This document shows, piece after piece, positions 1 through 14,318 of a stretch of DNA of 64,000 nt. Position 1 is the first letter of the stretch, and every line of letters begins with the position of its first letter. The notes beneath the pieces were generated by a model. It worked only from the letters and a program-made list of their open reading frames with translations. It searched no databases and had not been told where the DNA came from. The position numbers and the translations under genes were made by a program. Origin of the DNA: Chrysomallon squamiferum (Eukaryota; Animalia; Mollusca); NCBI GenBank assembly GCA_012295275.1, contig CM022670.1, positions 40,052,001-40,116,000 on the forward strand, written 5' to 3'.

Positions 1-354
1 ATATATGTGTGTATATGTGTATATATGTATGTATGTATGTATGTATATATGTGTGTGTGAGTGTGTGCCTATATGTAAGTGTCCGACTGTCTGTCTGTAT
101 GTATGTATGTAATTGAAATATTAAAATAAAATTAAAAGGAAAAGGAAATATACACATAATGAGGCAAATGCGAATGATGACGGGAAGATAACTATGAAAT
201 CAAAATCAGAAAGTAAGAAAAAGAATTATGCAGCCATGTTATGCTGAAAAGGCGACAGAAATTAAAAAAATAAATAAAAAATAAATAAATAATTCAATTA
301 ATTCAATTAAATTAAATTAAAAAAAAAAAAAATAATAATAATAAACCGGCCTTG

Positions 355-390
<36 letters not shown>

Positions 391-648
391 TATATATATA
401 TATATATATATATATAGGCTGAGGAATAACAATTTTTATATATCCTTGGCATACAAAATAATGTAAAAATATTTTTGAAATATATCGAGCAAAATATTTT
501 AACTTAAATTCCCACCTCGGTGTTGAATTTATAAACTGCAGTCACCAAATGCTTCGGTTGTGAATATTTTATTTGTGTCACTGTCACAGTTTACTCACAG
601 TTATCGCTAAATTCCCAAGTGAAACCAGGCCATGATCCTATAACAGTT

Positions 649-653
<5 letters not shown>

Positions 654-731
<78 letters not shown>
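654..731. repeat. (CT)n microsatellite; similar tracts at about 11272-11357, 15428-15505, 26086-26142, 54085-54168 and 56225-56282
   Basis: Direct reading. Confidence 0.97.
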
Positions 732-734
<3 letters not shown>

Positions 735-920
735 CTGTGATGATTCTTCATAAACAAAACAAATTCAGAACTAAATAAAAAAAAAGATACATACACATAC
801 AAATGTAATAATATATATTTATGAAAACAATAATCATAATTATCATTCATTCATTCATTAATAAAATAATAATAATAATAATAATTTTAAGTTAATACGA
901 CTTATATATTATTTTTAAAT

Positions 921-960
<40 letters not shown>

Positions 961-1159
961 AATCGATACTACGGAAAAGTTGAAACATTCACGACACGAT
1001 GAGAAATTTGAGAAAACAAATTCGTTTTGAAATGTCAAATTAATGTCATTTTAACATAAAATATCGATAAACCATCTTCCTGTGACAGCAGACAAATGAA
1101 CCCCTTCAACCTTCGAATTTAATATTGATAAAATAATGTGAATAACATTTGACCATGAC

Positions 1160-1200
<41 letters not shown>

Positions 1201-2770
1201 CACTTATGCATACTTGTCTACTTTAATGTCAAAATGTACCTTCTGGTGACAAAAAAATGTTTTAAAAGTATTGGTTCTGCTTGTATCTGGGGATATGTCA
1301 CTCATGAATAATACCACATGAAGTCGTGTATAAAGTATTACATAAATAAACAATTTTGGTGTTTCGTTACTTCATGTTATATTACTGAATAGAACTTCTT
1401 AAATTATCATTCAACCTGGAATATTTAACACACGCATGTAAATTTCCGTACATTTCCGTACGTTTTCGTTAATTTTCGTCTTCCTCTTTCTCTGACTGCG
1501 TTCATCCCCAAATTGTTTTACTGACTACTGTGCGGGACCATTCACAAGGTTAAAAACTCCTGATTTAAAATATTTTTAACAAATATTATGTTGCAAAATC
1601 GGTTGCGAAGTTTGACGTACGTATTTCGCAGTCATTTTGTTTTCCTTGTCCTTTGAAGTTAACATGACAGAGATGCGTTGTTCAAGTGGTGAAAATCCTA
1701 CCACAGATTATATTCAATATTAAATTAATACTTAACCAATACAGAAAGTTTATTATCTCTAATTCCAACAACAACAAAAAAAAAAAAAAAATTAAAAATT
1801 AAAAATTAAAAAAATTAAAAATAAATAAAAATTAAAAAATTAAAAAATTAAATAAAAACCGTAATTTTGTTTAATATATTATATTTACATTTAGCTTGTG
1901 CCTTTAGATGGAAGCTAAATAATTTATTCATTGTACAAATAATGGACCTGAAGTCATGTGAATACATGCAATAAAATAATAAAAAATAATAAATAAATAA
2001 ATATGCAAGTGAAAAGATTGATGATTCTTGTTTCCTACGTATGTGCCATGGACACGATGGAGGATTAACCAAGTAACTAAAAACATGTTATCTTCTCCTC
2101 TCTCTAATTAACCTCTTGCAGATTAACACCGACATTGTCTTGAACTTTTTAAACTTCTGAATGTCGTTCCCAACACAAGCGACACATCCATTATCTTCAA
2201 TACACGTAAACATCTTTCAAAACGTTTGTCTTACTCACTCACTCACTGAAACGATTTAGGTTAGGACGTAGACAAAACATGTATAAACACAAAGATAAAA
2301 GAAGGATGTTAGTGACATGAAAAAAAACACAACGTATAAAAACTCGTTTTGCGTTCTTTGATGATTCAGTAAACGTTGTTCTTTCTATCTTTCTTTTTTT
2401 TTTCATTTTCGTTTTACTCATTTTTGTTTTATGTATGTTTTAGATTTACTTGTGTTTGCTTTCATCTTTGTTATTGTTATTCGCTTACTAATTGTGTACG
2501 CGGATCTTTATCCACGTATATGACGCCATATAAAATAAACACAATTTTTTATACATATCCTGTTGCAATATACAAATAACTAGGACATTTAAAGGTATCT
2601 TGGTTTTTAAATACATACAGAAAAATCCATATTACTTTATTTTATATAACTTATACAAGCAAACTGGATTTTTAAAATTTTGCTTTCTATACAATGATGT
2701 ATGAATCGGTATTTTGGTCTATGCGCGCACCTGGAGGAATTTCAGCGACAGAAAAACTTTAAAACAATTG

Positions 2771-2804
<34 letters not shown>

Positions 2805-4231
2805 TTTTTAATCATCGTGAGCAAAAGCGGTTTAAACATCATATTTTTGTCATTATCAGAAGTTTAATTAAATAATAATGTAAAAAGCCAAACAAACCCT
2901 AAAACAAACAATAATAAAGCAAGAGCTCTGAAAATAAATGTCTAGCCAAGAATAACACACCCTAGCATAAAGGTTTTAAATTATAACTATTTTTTTTTCA
3001 ACAGATATATGTGTCACTAATTTTTTCTGTAATCTTATTCAAGTTATTGTATTTCAGCCTAAAACAGAATCTTTTCTGAAGTGCATGTCCCAATATAAAA
3101 ACAGAATCATAAAATCTTTACTTTTTGGATTTTGCGATACCAAAATGGCCAAACGTGAAATGTTAACGAATTTTACGTACGAATTTAGACAGTCATTCTA
3201 ATACATGTTTCTTGCCTTACGACATGTTTTAAACTGTTTGTTAAGAGTTCAAGATCGGGCTATAACGCGGACTCCAGCCCACGGAGAATCCGAGCTATTT
3301 GCTCAATCCATTTGCTGAGGTGCGAACTAGCAGATACGCACGTTCGATTACCTGTTGCCTGTGTTGTGCTAACAACGAGGTCAAAGCTGCACGCAGTTAG
3401 AACAACGTTGTCGAGGATACAGCCGTGTGAGTGCCTGTCATCCCATACTTTCTGTTTAGAAACGAAATAACACACAACAGCAGATAGTCGTGTCTTAAGA
3501 CAATTATCATGACTATTTTCTAATTTTTAAATAGGTTTTTTTTCTTCTTCTCCCTAGAAAATCGATGTTTTCGTTGTTTAGGATTCCAAGTTTTCATTTA
3601 TCTTCTTTGTTTTTCGCCCCATTTTTATTTTATTTTTGAGTAAGCTATAAATGACTGAGAAGCACATAGTTAAAACCAGTAACAATAATTAAATTTCTTT
3701 TTTATAACGTAATATAATATAAAGAATTATTCTATAATTTATTTGTCAGTTTCAATTTTGAAAAGAAATGGCTGTTGAAAGAGAATCTTGTTTGTCGACT
3801 GGGAGTCACACACACACACACACACGTGATGTAATCCAGTTAAATAAGTTAGAAACACTTCTCTTTTTTTTCTGTTTATATAAAAACAGATATTATACAA
3901 GCTTTTGTAAAGAAAACTTCATTAAATTCCAATATAAAAAAAAAAAAAAAAAAAAATTAGGAATGAAGCTAAATGCAAATATTTCACATGTTTTAAAGTT
4001 TTTATTAAAACAGTTCATATAAGCTTTACAGTTTTGGTTTTCAATATATCACAGTTTTAAATTTATAAATAGTTTCATTACTTATGTAAACAACATCTCT
4101 CTCTCACGCACACACACATTCAACATTTAACATACTGATGTGAAATAATTAAAATATACCTCTCTACTAACAAACACACAGAAGTGTTACAGAAGTATAA
4201 ACAGTATCAACAACAATTGTTTAGAAGATGT

Positions 4232-4283
<52 letters not shown>

Positions 4284-4749
4284 GATAGAGATATAAATAT
4301 ATATAAAATATAAACAAAAACATTAAGTTCAGTTATAAATTCAGCTGAATGCACTTGAATTTTAAACTTGGATGTAATCTCAGGTTTAATATGAACATGC
4401 ATTTTAAAAATGAAAAACTTGTATGCTTTTTATTTATTAGAATTAGTGTAAAATTACATTGAGCATGACTCGTCAAAATACTGAATCACATGCATAAAAG
4501 CAGGTGATTTAAATGATAGTTAATAAATAGCTAAACATTCACAGATATACTATGAAATGTTATTTCTTCACAATAAATATCGTAAGAAAGATATAAAAAG
4601 TAAATAACCATAAAAATAATAGTAATAATAATAAAATAACAATAATAACAATAATAAAATAATAATTGTAATAATAATAATAATAACAATAATAATAAAT
4701 TTAAAAGTAATAGTAGTCATGTGAGATTGAAGTCAAGCAATCGAAGACA

Positions 4750-6021
4750 TCATGATTTCACTGATTTGCCAGACTTTGAAGACTTGTTAGACTTTCTACT
4801 TGATCTGCTTGATGTTCTTGACTTCACCTGGGTTTGACTTCCAGTAGATAAACTTGGTGGAGATTTTGGCTTGTATCGGGATGGTGGCCCTGCAAGAAGA
4901 GATATTAAAAATATTTTCAAGAAAAAATAACACTCTACGCCACCTGTTCTGAATGAGCAGAAGATAAAATGTTAATCCTTTGTGTAATTTGAAAGTAAGA
5001 GGAGTAACTTTTAAAGATAAAATTTAATAATTATGGACAAGTCTGCTGTTTTAGGGACATTATAATGACTTATAATCAGACCTTCAATGTAATATGGATA
5101 ATTTTAAAAGACAAATTTAATAATTCTGGATGTGTTGTTATAAGAACATTATAATGACTTATAACCTGAAACTGTTTAATAAATTATTATTTTACTTAAA
5201 AAAGGGAAACAGCAGACAGAGCTGCTTCTCCTGGAAAAACTAACTGTGGAGGTGTGAGGTTAATAAGTGAAATTTTTGACTGCTGAGTAATTTAATCCTT
5301 CAACAAACTTTCACTGACTCAGCCACTTTTATGTAAGCCCAAGACATCGCCATTTCAGCTATGATTGATTTAAGTAACATTTCTTGTGACTGACTGAAAC
5401 AACAGCATTCCCCAAGTATATATAACCATCTTTGAATCTCTGATGTAGAGTTATTTCCCTTTGAAAACTATAAGGTTTTGGGAATTCTTCAGTAATCAAT
5501 TTGCTGTTAAGCATTTTGAAAAAGAAAAAAAAAAAGAAAATCAATGTTTCAACTAATTAAAAAACACAACAAAAAACCCCACATTCAATAACAGTATCTT
5601 TTCTTTTAAAATTTAATTTTAAACGTTTATTAATCTTTAAACTTAGCACATACATCAATTGTTGTAGAATTATTATATAAATAGAAATATTTTCTGTTAC
5701 TGATCAGAAAACATGCAGTTACATAACACACAGATACTGTAAGGTGCTTAATGAGTATGCATAATGTAACAATCATGGATACACTTAAAAAAAAAAAATA
5801 AAAATAACTTTACCTAAAATCTGAGGTCGTGGAAAGCTTGTTTTTTCAATTTTAAATTGCAGGTCTTCTTTCAGTTCTTCAACGTTTATCTTAAGACTTT
5901 CCATGAAGGCAGAAGTGTAACTCTGTAACACCTCCTGGATGATCTCTTTCAGCAGCTGCAAAATCACCAGAAACATAAACAATCCTTTTGAACCAATTGA
6001 AATAAATTTTGTATCAGCATA

Positions 6022-6069
<48 letters not shown>

Positions 6070-6071
6070 CA

Positions 6072-6104
<33 letters not shown>

Positions 6105-8243
6105 CATCATCAAATAATAATATTAATATGATGATGGTAACAATAAAATGACAGTAATGCTAATAATTATGATAATTATAATAATGCATCAGTAGTTATT
6201 CAGTTCTGTGTTTATGTATACTGAAGCAGAGTTTTGTTGAGTATTCAGAAACTAGCTGGTTTGATATTGCTTAATAATAAAATATATTTATTTTATTCAA
6301 GATTTCCAACAGTTTTCTATAAACATGGATTACTTTAACAATCGTACTCATCCGATAAAAATTAAAAACATAATACTTTGCAAATTATATACACAGATAA
6401 TGACATTTATATTTTCAACTGTAGTTTTAATAATTAAAAAGAAAAAATCCAACAAAGAAAAAAAAAATATATATATTTTTTTTAAACTTAATTTTATATA
6501 ACATAATAATTCTTCTTAATGAATGCAAAAATGTCCCAACTAACCTCTTTTGTGACTGGTGGTTCCATTTCCAAGATCTTTTTGAAGGAGATTTCTTTCG
6601 TGGTGTTAATATTGTCCATGACTTTCTCCTTCATCAGAAGTATTTGATTAATTTTCTCACAAGCTTTTCTCTCCATGTCAAGGATAGTCTGCTCATAATT
6701 CCACACATCAATTCGCTTTGCTGTCTTCATTTCCTGCACATCAGGTGGAACAAGGACATCGATTTGAACGTTGGGTATTTGCTTATCCCTCTCTTCTCTG
6801 AAGACATAATGATACAGCTGGTAATGTGCCATGAAGGTAGAGAAGAACCAGTCTGTGTAGATCTTAAAATTCCTTTCTCCAAGACCTAATGCAAGCGCAT
6901 CTCCGTCTTTCATGAAGTTGTTGACTATCGAAGTCAGGCATTTTCCCACTGAAAAGTAATTCAAGTTTAAACGTGCTACAATTAGGTTCTAAATATAATT
7001 TTTCCTTTCTGTTTTACATTTCTTATATTATTTGATGGTTCTCTTAAGTATTTTCATAGATGTTAAAATGTTATATTTTATTCACTACCCCAAAAATGTG
7101 TTCATATTCAATCTAATTTGTGTTTTAATGTATTATTTCTGTAAATAATGCAACAGTTTCATTACATCCATTAAAGATGAAGAAAAATTAATTCCCAATC
7201 CTGCTGAGACAAATTTATATATACATGATTAGTGAAAATTAATTTTTTTTAAATAGATACTTTTTACACATGATAACATTTCATCTGCAAAATTCAGCAC
7301 TGTGTGAATTTGGGACCAAGTGAAGCCCTTTTCTGCGGCAAAGCTGATGTTATCATACAAGAAGTCAACATATATGGATTTCCTGAGATCATCATCTTCC
7401 ACTGGGTAGATTTTCAAAGCTTTTGCAAGTATGGTCTTTCCATCACTCTTCTGAAATTTAACGTAACTTATCATTCTGAAAATGTGTGTTGTTACAGTAA
7501 TGAAAACAGTGTAAGCAGAATGTAACTTATTTTTCTGAACAATCACTACATAAATAATTATATATAGTTAAACATAAAACGTAATCAAAAGATCATGACC
7601 TTCATGATTATCAGCAATTTCATTATTACATTATATGGTTTTTCATGTGAAATAACTATTAATATGAAGGAGTTATTAAACAAATATTAGTTCATTTACT
7701 TTAAAATTAAGTAAAAGAATGCTGCAACAAAAATAATTAGATGATCACAATTCTGGGAAAGATCGGTTGCTCCGTTTTGATGAATTTTATAGCTGTGTCA
7801 TTCAGCTGTCAATACATTTATTTAAATTTGTGCCATATTTATATTAATATTTTAAAGAACGCTTGTAAAAAAAACCCAAAACCCCAAACAATCATGATTA
7901 AATAACCCTTCATTTGCTAAACAATCTGTTGATTAAATAAAATATCCCACAATGAACATGAACGGCTAAATATAACATTTAAATTTGATAATTCAAAGAT
8001 TTACTGTTATAAGGAATCTATGAAACGGCACAATGATGTGATCGAAAATAGGATGCATACGCCAATCATTTCACATCAACGATAATAAAATAAAATTATA
8101 TTTATGCATTAACATTACAAATGTGCATTGGTATTTTAATTAACTACATATACAGTCAAAAGAATATTTAATAATGCATAACATACTTCTCTAGAACAAA
8201 TCTCTTTTATCCGCTCGGTATCTACAGCCCACAAACACGCCAT
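4750..8243 (-). CDS. C8orf74: C8orf74-like protein (CLAMP/CFAP119-related family), 5 coding exons, 310 aa
   Basis: Exons 8187-8243 (MACLWAVDTERIKEICSRE), 7261-7450 (KSDGKTILAK...DDLRKSIYVDFLYDNISFAAEKGFTWSQI), 6545-6948 (...FKIYTDWFFSTFMAHYQLYHYVFREERD...), 5814-5955 and 4750-4889 (Ser/Lys/Arg-rich tail, TGA). All introns are GT-AG, phases 0,1,0,1 are consistent, and the total is 933 nt. The motifs 'D.LY....FA...GF.W' and 'F..H..LY.YVF' are recalled as typical of the C8orf74/CLAMP family; the family call is by recognition, not by search. Confidence 0.82.
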
Positions 8244-8560
8244 TTTGTTACCAGTAAACAATATACACAAATATCGTTGCTCGAGATTAATAAAATTCTG
8301 ATCGTTATTATTACTTTTATAATTTATACTATTAAGCGTCCAACTTAATTGATTCACATGTTGATGAATGTCGCAAATAGTTCCTCTGTTATAATTAACA
8401 GTACAAAATACGTAGAGTTTACATCACGTGATTAGAAACGAGCACGCGCGGCAACCTGTGATAAACTTGAGGTATATGCCTATCTTGAAATAATACGAAT
8501 GTGGGAATAAATTATAATTGTTCAAGAATAAATGACAAGAGTAAGCTTTTCAAAGGTAGG
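8244..8560. promoter_or_regulatory. Putative bidirectional promoter and 5' UTRs between the two divergent genes
   Basis: Locally CpG-richer (CACGTG at about 8425, GCACGCGCGGCAAC at about 8442-8455). Candidate plus-strand donors lie at 8541 (GTAAGC) and 8556 (GTAGGA), with an acceptor at 9210 (TTAATTTCAG) ahead of the DCX exon. An imperfect X-box/forkhead-like GTTACCAGTAAACA lies at 8247-8260. Confidence 0.5.
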
Positions 8561-9354
8561 AATTTATTAAAATAATAGAATCCGAATCCTTCACGGTATT
8601 ACAGATTTCTTCTACGAGATAGAAGATCAACTGACTTGGGCCCAGAAAAAGGTGCCCTAAAATAATATCATTATTTACTTTTTATTGCTTGGTTTTTTAT
8701 TAGTATATTACTGTTTTTGGAGATTTTGTGTTTTGTTTTTTCTCCTTAGATTGACTTATATTATTAAAATCACTGGTTTAATATTTTCAATATCGAAACA
8801 TATTTATACTAAAGAATGTTAATATTATAATGCCTTAATTAGTTAATATTATTAACCTTCCGTACACATTACTTCTAGCTACAAGTACAAATAAATATTT
8901 ATGTAATATAAACAGTTGTCATATCTTGTTTTTCTTTTATTTAAAAAATATTAACTTATATATTTTGCACATAGTCATTCAAACATGCATGCTGACAAAG
9001 ATATATTATATATATATATATATGTCTATGTCTCTGTGTGTACGTGTTTTCAACAAGCTGAAAGAAATGGAATAAAAATAATTCTTAATATTGATATTAA
9101 GGAGTAAAAACTTCCAAATTCTATTGTTCTGGGAGCTGGTATCATATCTTAATTAATATCTTAATTGAATGTCATCTGTTTTGTATTACATCATTTCTCT
9201 TTAATTTCAGAATGATTTGTCAGGGCATTGGATGAACTAAAACAATTTAAAAAAAAAAGGGAAAAAGGGAAGAAAGAGACAAAGAAAAATTAAAAAAGAA
9301 CTTCAACAACAACAACAAACAACAAGCCATACAAAAAAAAACAAATTTTTTATC

Positions 9355-10686
9355 ATGGCTAGTGAAAGTAATGATAATGAATCTGGACACTACTATGACC
9401 ATAATGACACATACCACCAGCCCATTCTGGCAAAGACTTGTTTCTTCTACAAAGAAAGCGATTACAATTTTGGTGCTGTCAAACTGGCAATCAATCCCAA
9501 ATATTACAAAAGTTTGGGACCGATTTATCAAGAACTGTCCAAAAAAATGCCTGGTCTTCCTTACGGTGTCAGAAGTATTTTCACTCCGCGAGGTCGCGAC
9601 AAAATCATCTCTGCAGATAACTTTGCAGACGCCGGTCATTACATCTGTTCCTCAAGCAGGCTACAGGCAAAGAGAATGGACTTAGGACGAGTCCGACCTC
9701 CCCCACTCTGGCACCTGTCAAAACCCAAAAGCGGAATCAGGGAACTGAATGCTATGTTGGCAGAATATGAGTTTGAAGACACTCCGCGGAAAAGAAGCAG
9801 GTTTGCCTTCGTTGGTGGGGGAAGTCCAGGAAAACAACCAAAGAAAGTTAGGATTATGAAAAATGGAGATCCCACTTACAGTCAGATGATTCTGCTGAAT
9901 CGCAGGACTGCGCAGACATTTGATCAGGTGTTGTCTGATTTGAGTGAAATGTTTAAGTTTGCTGTGAGGAAGCTGTACACGATTGAAGGGAGGCCAGTAT
10001 GTATAATTGCTTTTTCCAGATTATCACAAATTAAATATTTAGCGTGGATATTTTTCCTAGCATAATGTTTATTTTCTTGAAGGTATATTCAAGTAAAATT
10101 TGTAACAACATTTCACCTTTTTAGATGTTGAACGTAATATGAAGTTTGTTCTCTTCATTGTTATCCATATTTATATCTAAAGCTCACCACTTGCATTAAA
10201 TATTTATTTCTTAAAATCCTCACCAGTTCTTCAATGAGCTGTTTTCTATTTGTACTCCATGACATATTTGTCAAACGTCATTTATGGTGTGTGTGTGTGT
10301 GTGCTCTTTCTGTTTATGAGGAGATAACTTACTGCCATGTATTGTCATCATCATCATCATGTAAAAAAAAAATAAAAAAAAATAAAAAAAATAAAAAAAA
10401 TAAATAAATAAATAAAAGAAAGAAAGAAAGAAGACTGTTAAAGATGAATTCATTCATTCGCTGCATCTGTTCCAGGTACTCAGTCTGACACAGCTTTTCA
10501 ATGGGCCAGACGTGTATGTCGCAGCTGGTTCAGAGAATTTCAAGTCACTGATGGGTCTGATGTACACCCCCCAGCCCCCCACCCGTGGCTTGTCCACCAC
10601 CAGTTACCGCCACCACCGTCGCAACCTGACTCGAGACTCCATTCGTTCCAGGTTTAAAGAACACCGAAACAAAACGCAGAAAACTA
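9355..10686 (+). CDS. Exons 1-2: tandem doublecortin (DCX) domains of RP1/RP1L1 type
   Basis: Exons 9355-9996 and 10476-10686. DCX1: [29 protein letters not shown]...[20 protein letters not shown]2: [12 protein letters not shown]...[36 protein letters not shown]|[23 protein letters not shown]. Confidence 0.92.
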
Positions 10687-11268
10687 GTACGTACAGTATC
10701 AGAATTAGTCAGTAAAAGAACATTTTAAAATTATCTTTTGATAAAAGCTGTTGATTATTAGACTGTTGTTGGTATAAAAAAAAACACGTTCATAATAAAA
10801 AACCATGAAATACAGAACAAATTAACTTTAAAATTGTGAAACTAATTTCCCCAAATATCTGAAAAATTCAGAAGTTTTGCATATCAATAAAGGTGCAGGT
10901 TTTGGTATCTTTTGCCTAGCTTGTAATGAATGTACCCACTGTATTATTGAAATGTTGCCTACAGAATTCAATTTTTTTTGATTATGTCTGTTTCTTTTTT
11001 CTCGTGATGAGAAACTCTTTAGTGTATACTGATATGATTTGTTTGTTTTCACAGGAGGAAGGTGGAAGGTTTGGGTGACAACAAATGAACTGTCTACTGC
11101 AGGGACTCTGGCTCAGGTTACTCTCACTGTGTATGGTCAGAAGGGAAACAGTGGACCTTTGCCTCTGGGGTCTGCATCTGAAGATAGTTTTCAAAGTGGA
11201 TCTATTGATGAATTTGATGTAAGACCATTTTTATTTTAAAAGTTATAAGAGTACCCCTCCCCCCCCCA

Positions 11269-11363
<95 letters not shown>

Positions 11364-14171
11364 GTTTAATAATTTTATTTATTATTATTATTTAAAAATG
11401 TATGTGTGTTGCATATACAGGTTGAGGATCCCTTATCCAAAACTCTGAAATATGAACTTGTTCCGAGCAGTAGAAATAATAATATCTTACAGTTTTCAGA
11501 CTATTTTGCATATATAAACTGTATTTTATGCACAAAATTATAAAAAAAAATGATTTTAAAAATCCTGCAGACTATCTGTGTAAGCTGTATGTGATAAATA
11601 AATGTAATTCATATTTAGATGTACATTCTGTTCTCATGCTATCTCCTTGAATTCCAAAATCCGAAACACTTCTGGTCCCAAGCATTCCAGATAAAGTATT
11701 CTCAGCCTGTACTGATGTTTTATCTAGTGTGTTGAAATGACAGTACATTAACATTCTGTTCAAGTAACATGGCATCTCTGTTATGAATCTGATTTATCCT
11801 ACAACTAATATCAGGTGGCAGTTTCCTTAAAAAAAACCATGAATGTATATAATAAGCACACATAAACATGAAATGTTGCATGGACATGCATAATATATTT
11901 TTATTTAATCTGATTTTAACATGTTTGACAAAATAACTTTGTTATTGAAACGAAAAATGTAATAGATGATAGTTTCCATAAAAGAAACATGAATGTAGTT
12001 TTTTTTTTTAATAAGCACACGTTAACATGAAATGTTGCTTGGCCAAGCATAATGCATGTCTGACAAAATAATTTGTTTCTGAAATGGATAATATAATTAC
12101 TTCATCACTTTTCATTAATTCATTGACAACAGCGTTTAATTTTGTGTTCTCTTTTGGCCATATCAACAATATAAAATACTGAATAAAATGTTGAAGATTT
12201 CAGTCAGATATAATGTCTAGTATTAGTCATATTGTTATATTCTGTGTATTAATTATGTTAGTGTGAACCAACTAAAATTATTATGAAAGTTTAAAATGTT
12301 CTGATATTCTCAGGCATAGTGTTTTCTTTATTAATGATGGTATAGTGCTATACATTTTCCAAATCAAATAATTTGTTTAATAAATTATTTTATATTAACT
12401 GTTATTAAATGTTAAGTGTGTGTATGTGTGCTGTTCATGTGTATGTATGTAAAAGTGTCTCTTTTATGTTTTATGATAAAAGAAAAAAAATCTATCACAT
12501 TTGTGAACTTTTCTTATTGATTAGCTGGATAAGAAATTTTAGTTGTACCTTCTCATAGACTGGAAAATATTGATAATGTAACTGTGCATCATGCATTCAT
12601 TATCCTTACAGTAACACTGAACATCACTTATTTCCATAATTAAAGCACTGGTCAGAACAGTAAAATACCTAACAGGCTTACCAAGAGGCTCAATCTCATG
12701 ATATGTTAAATACCAGGCTAGATATCTGCAATCCACTATCCAACACACAACCAGATAAAAAATAAAATAAAATTTAAAACACAGATTATTTTTTAATTTG
12801 TTTATATCTGGAAAAATAGATTAAATGGTACTTGGCATTACACATGTTTGCTTTGGTTTTTATAAGATCATAATAAATTCCAACCTTGGCAGCTGAAAAT
12901 ATTAGAACACCTTGTACTCTGACAACAGACAACTATAATACATATTTTATCACGTTTTATTTCAATTCATTAACAGCTGTAATATTTACTTAGTAGAAAA
13001 CTTGTACACGCCTGACTACATGTACAATGCACACTGTGAAACTGTTTTATTGCTTGTTACAATGTGTGTTGTCATTCCTGCTTGTCATAACACTTTTCAA
13101 TTCAGTCAAAGTGCATGAAATTATGTGCATTCCTGTGATAAATAATGAATAGCTTATACAGCTTGCACTGCATTCACCTTTTAATAACATCTCCCGGCAG
13201 ATCCATTACAATGTTTCCACTTTGTAGTCTTTTACAAAAGACAGCCACTTATACATGTGCATATACATACATACATGCATTCATACATACATTCATGTGT
13301 GTACATACATACACAAATACATAAACCAATATTTATAATGCACACTCTCACACATGCACACAGACACACGTAATTATATATATTTTCTTTAGCTTCATGA
13401 ATGCACCTTTTCAAATGCTAAATGTTCACAGATAACATATGATGAAAAAAAGAAATATATATCTAAAATATTATATAAATTAGTGTCCATTTCTTTGATG
13501 CAAAAGATTTATAAACAAATATATTTTGGTAGATCAAATTATAGTACAAAGATGTTGAAAAAAAAAAAAAAAAAAAAAAAAACATAAAAATAGAAATAAT
13601 TATTCAAATATTATTGAGTATCTACACCAATACGTTTTTAGTTTTTTTAATAACTGAAATGTAAGGTGTAGCCGGTTTTTATTATTAGTAATGTTAGGTT
13701 ATCATAATATGGTTTTCGAGAAGCTACGTTAGGTCAAAGCAGAACTTAGAATGGTATAAAAAGTAAATCTGAAGGACGTGTTGCTATCATAAATTATTCT
13801 GTTGCCAGACATTAATGGCAGTTCATGCTAACTGAAGGCTTATATACAAAAGCCATTATTAGCTTAGCTAGAGGAATATTTTAAGACAGCCTTTTGTAAA
13901 ACAGATAATACATTCTTTTTATAATTCTCCTTTCATGCTTTGTGTGCTTCTCCAAATATATACTGTGATAGACACAGAGATATGAATATATACTGTGATA
14001 GACACAGAGATATGAATATATACTGTGGCAGACAGAGAAAGTTTGAAAAGGGTGTAGGGTTTAATCAGTTGATCAAGGTATTGATGGTTAGTCATAAAGT
14101 TTATCTGACATTCAGATCTTCCTGTGAAAAGGCCCTGCTCTAATTATGTTAAAAAGATTTAAAAAAAAGAA

Positions 14172-14208
<37 letters not shown>

Positions 14209-14279
14209 CAAATGAAAATAATTTTAAAAATAGTAAATAATTGTTAAGAATTACATATATTTTCTAGAACCTTTTATAA

Positions 14280-14318
<39 letters not shown>

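Noticed and set aside
647-850. Low-complexity ORFs (poly-RE, poly-I, poly-L, poly-N, poly-D, poly-V, HTYI repeats) here and throughout the window
   Set aside because: They are translations of di-, tri- and tetranucleotide microsatellites.
3260-3475. 71-aa minus-strand ORF in the GC-richer patch
   Set aside because: It has a non-ATG start, no recognisable motif and no convincing splice chain.
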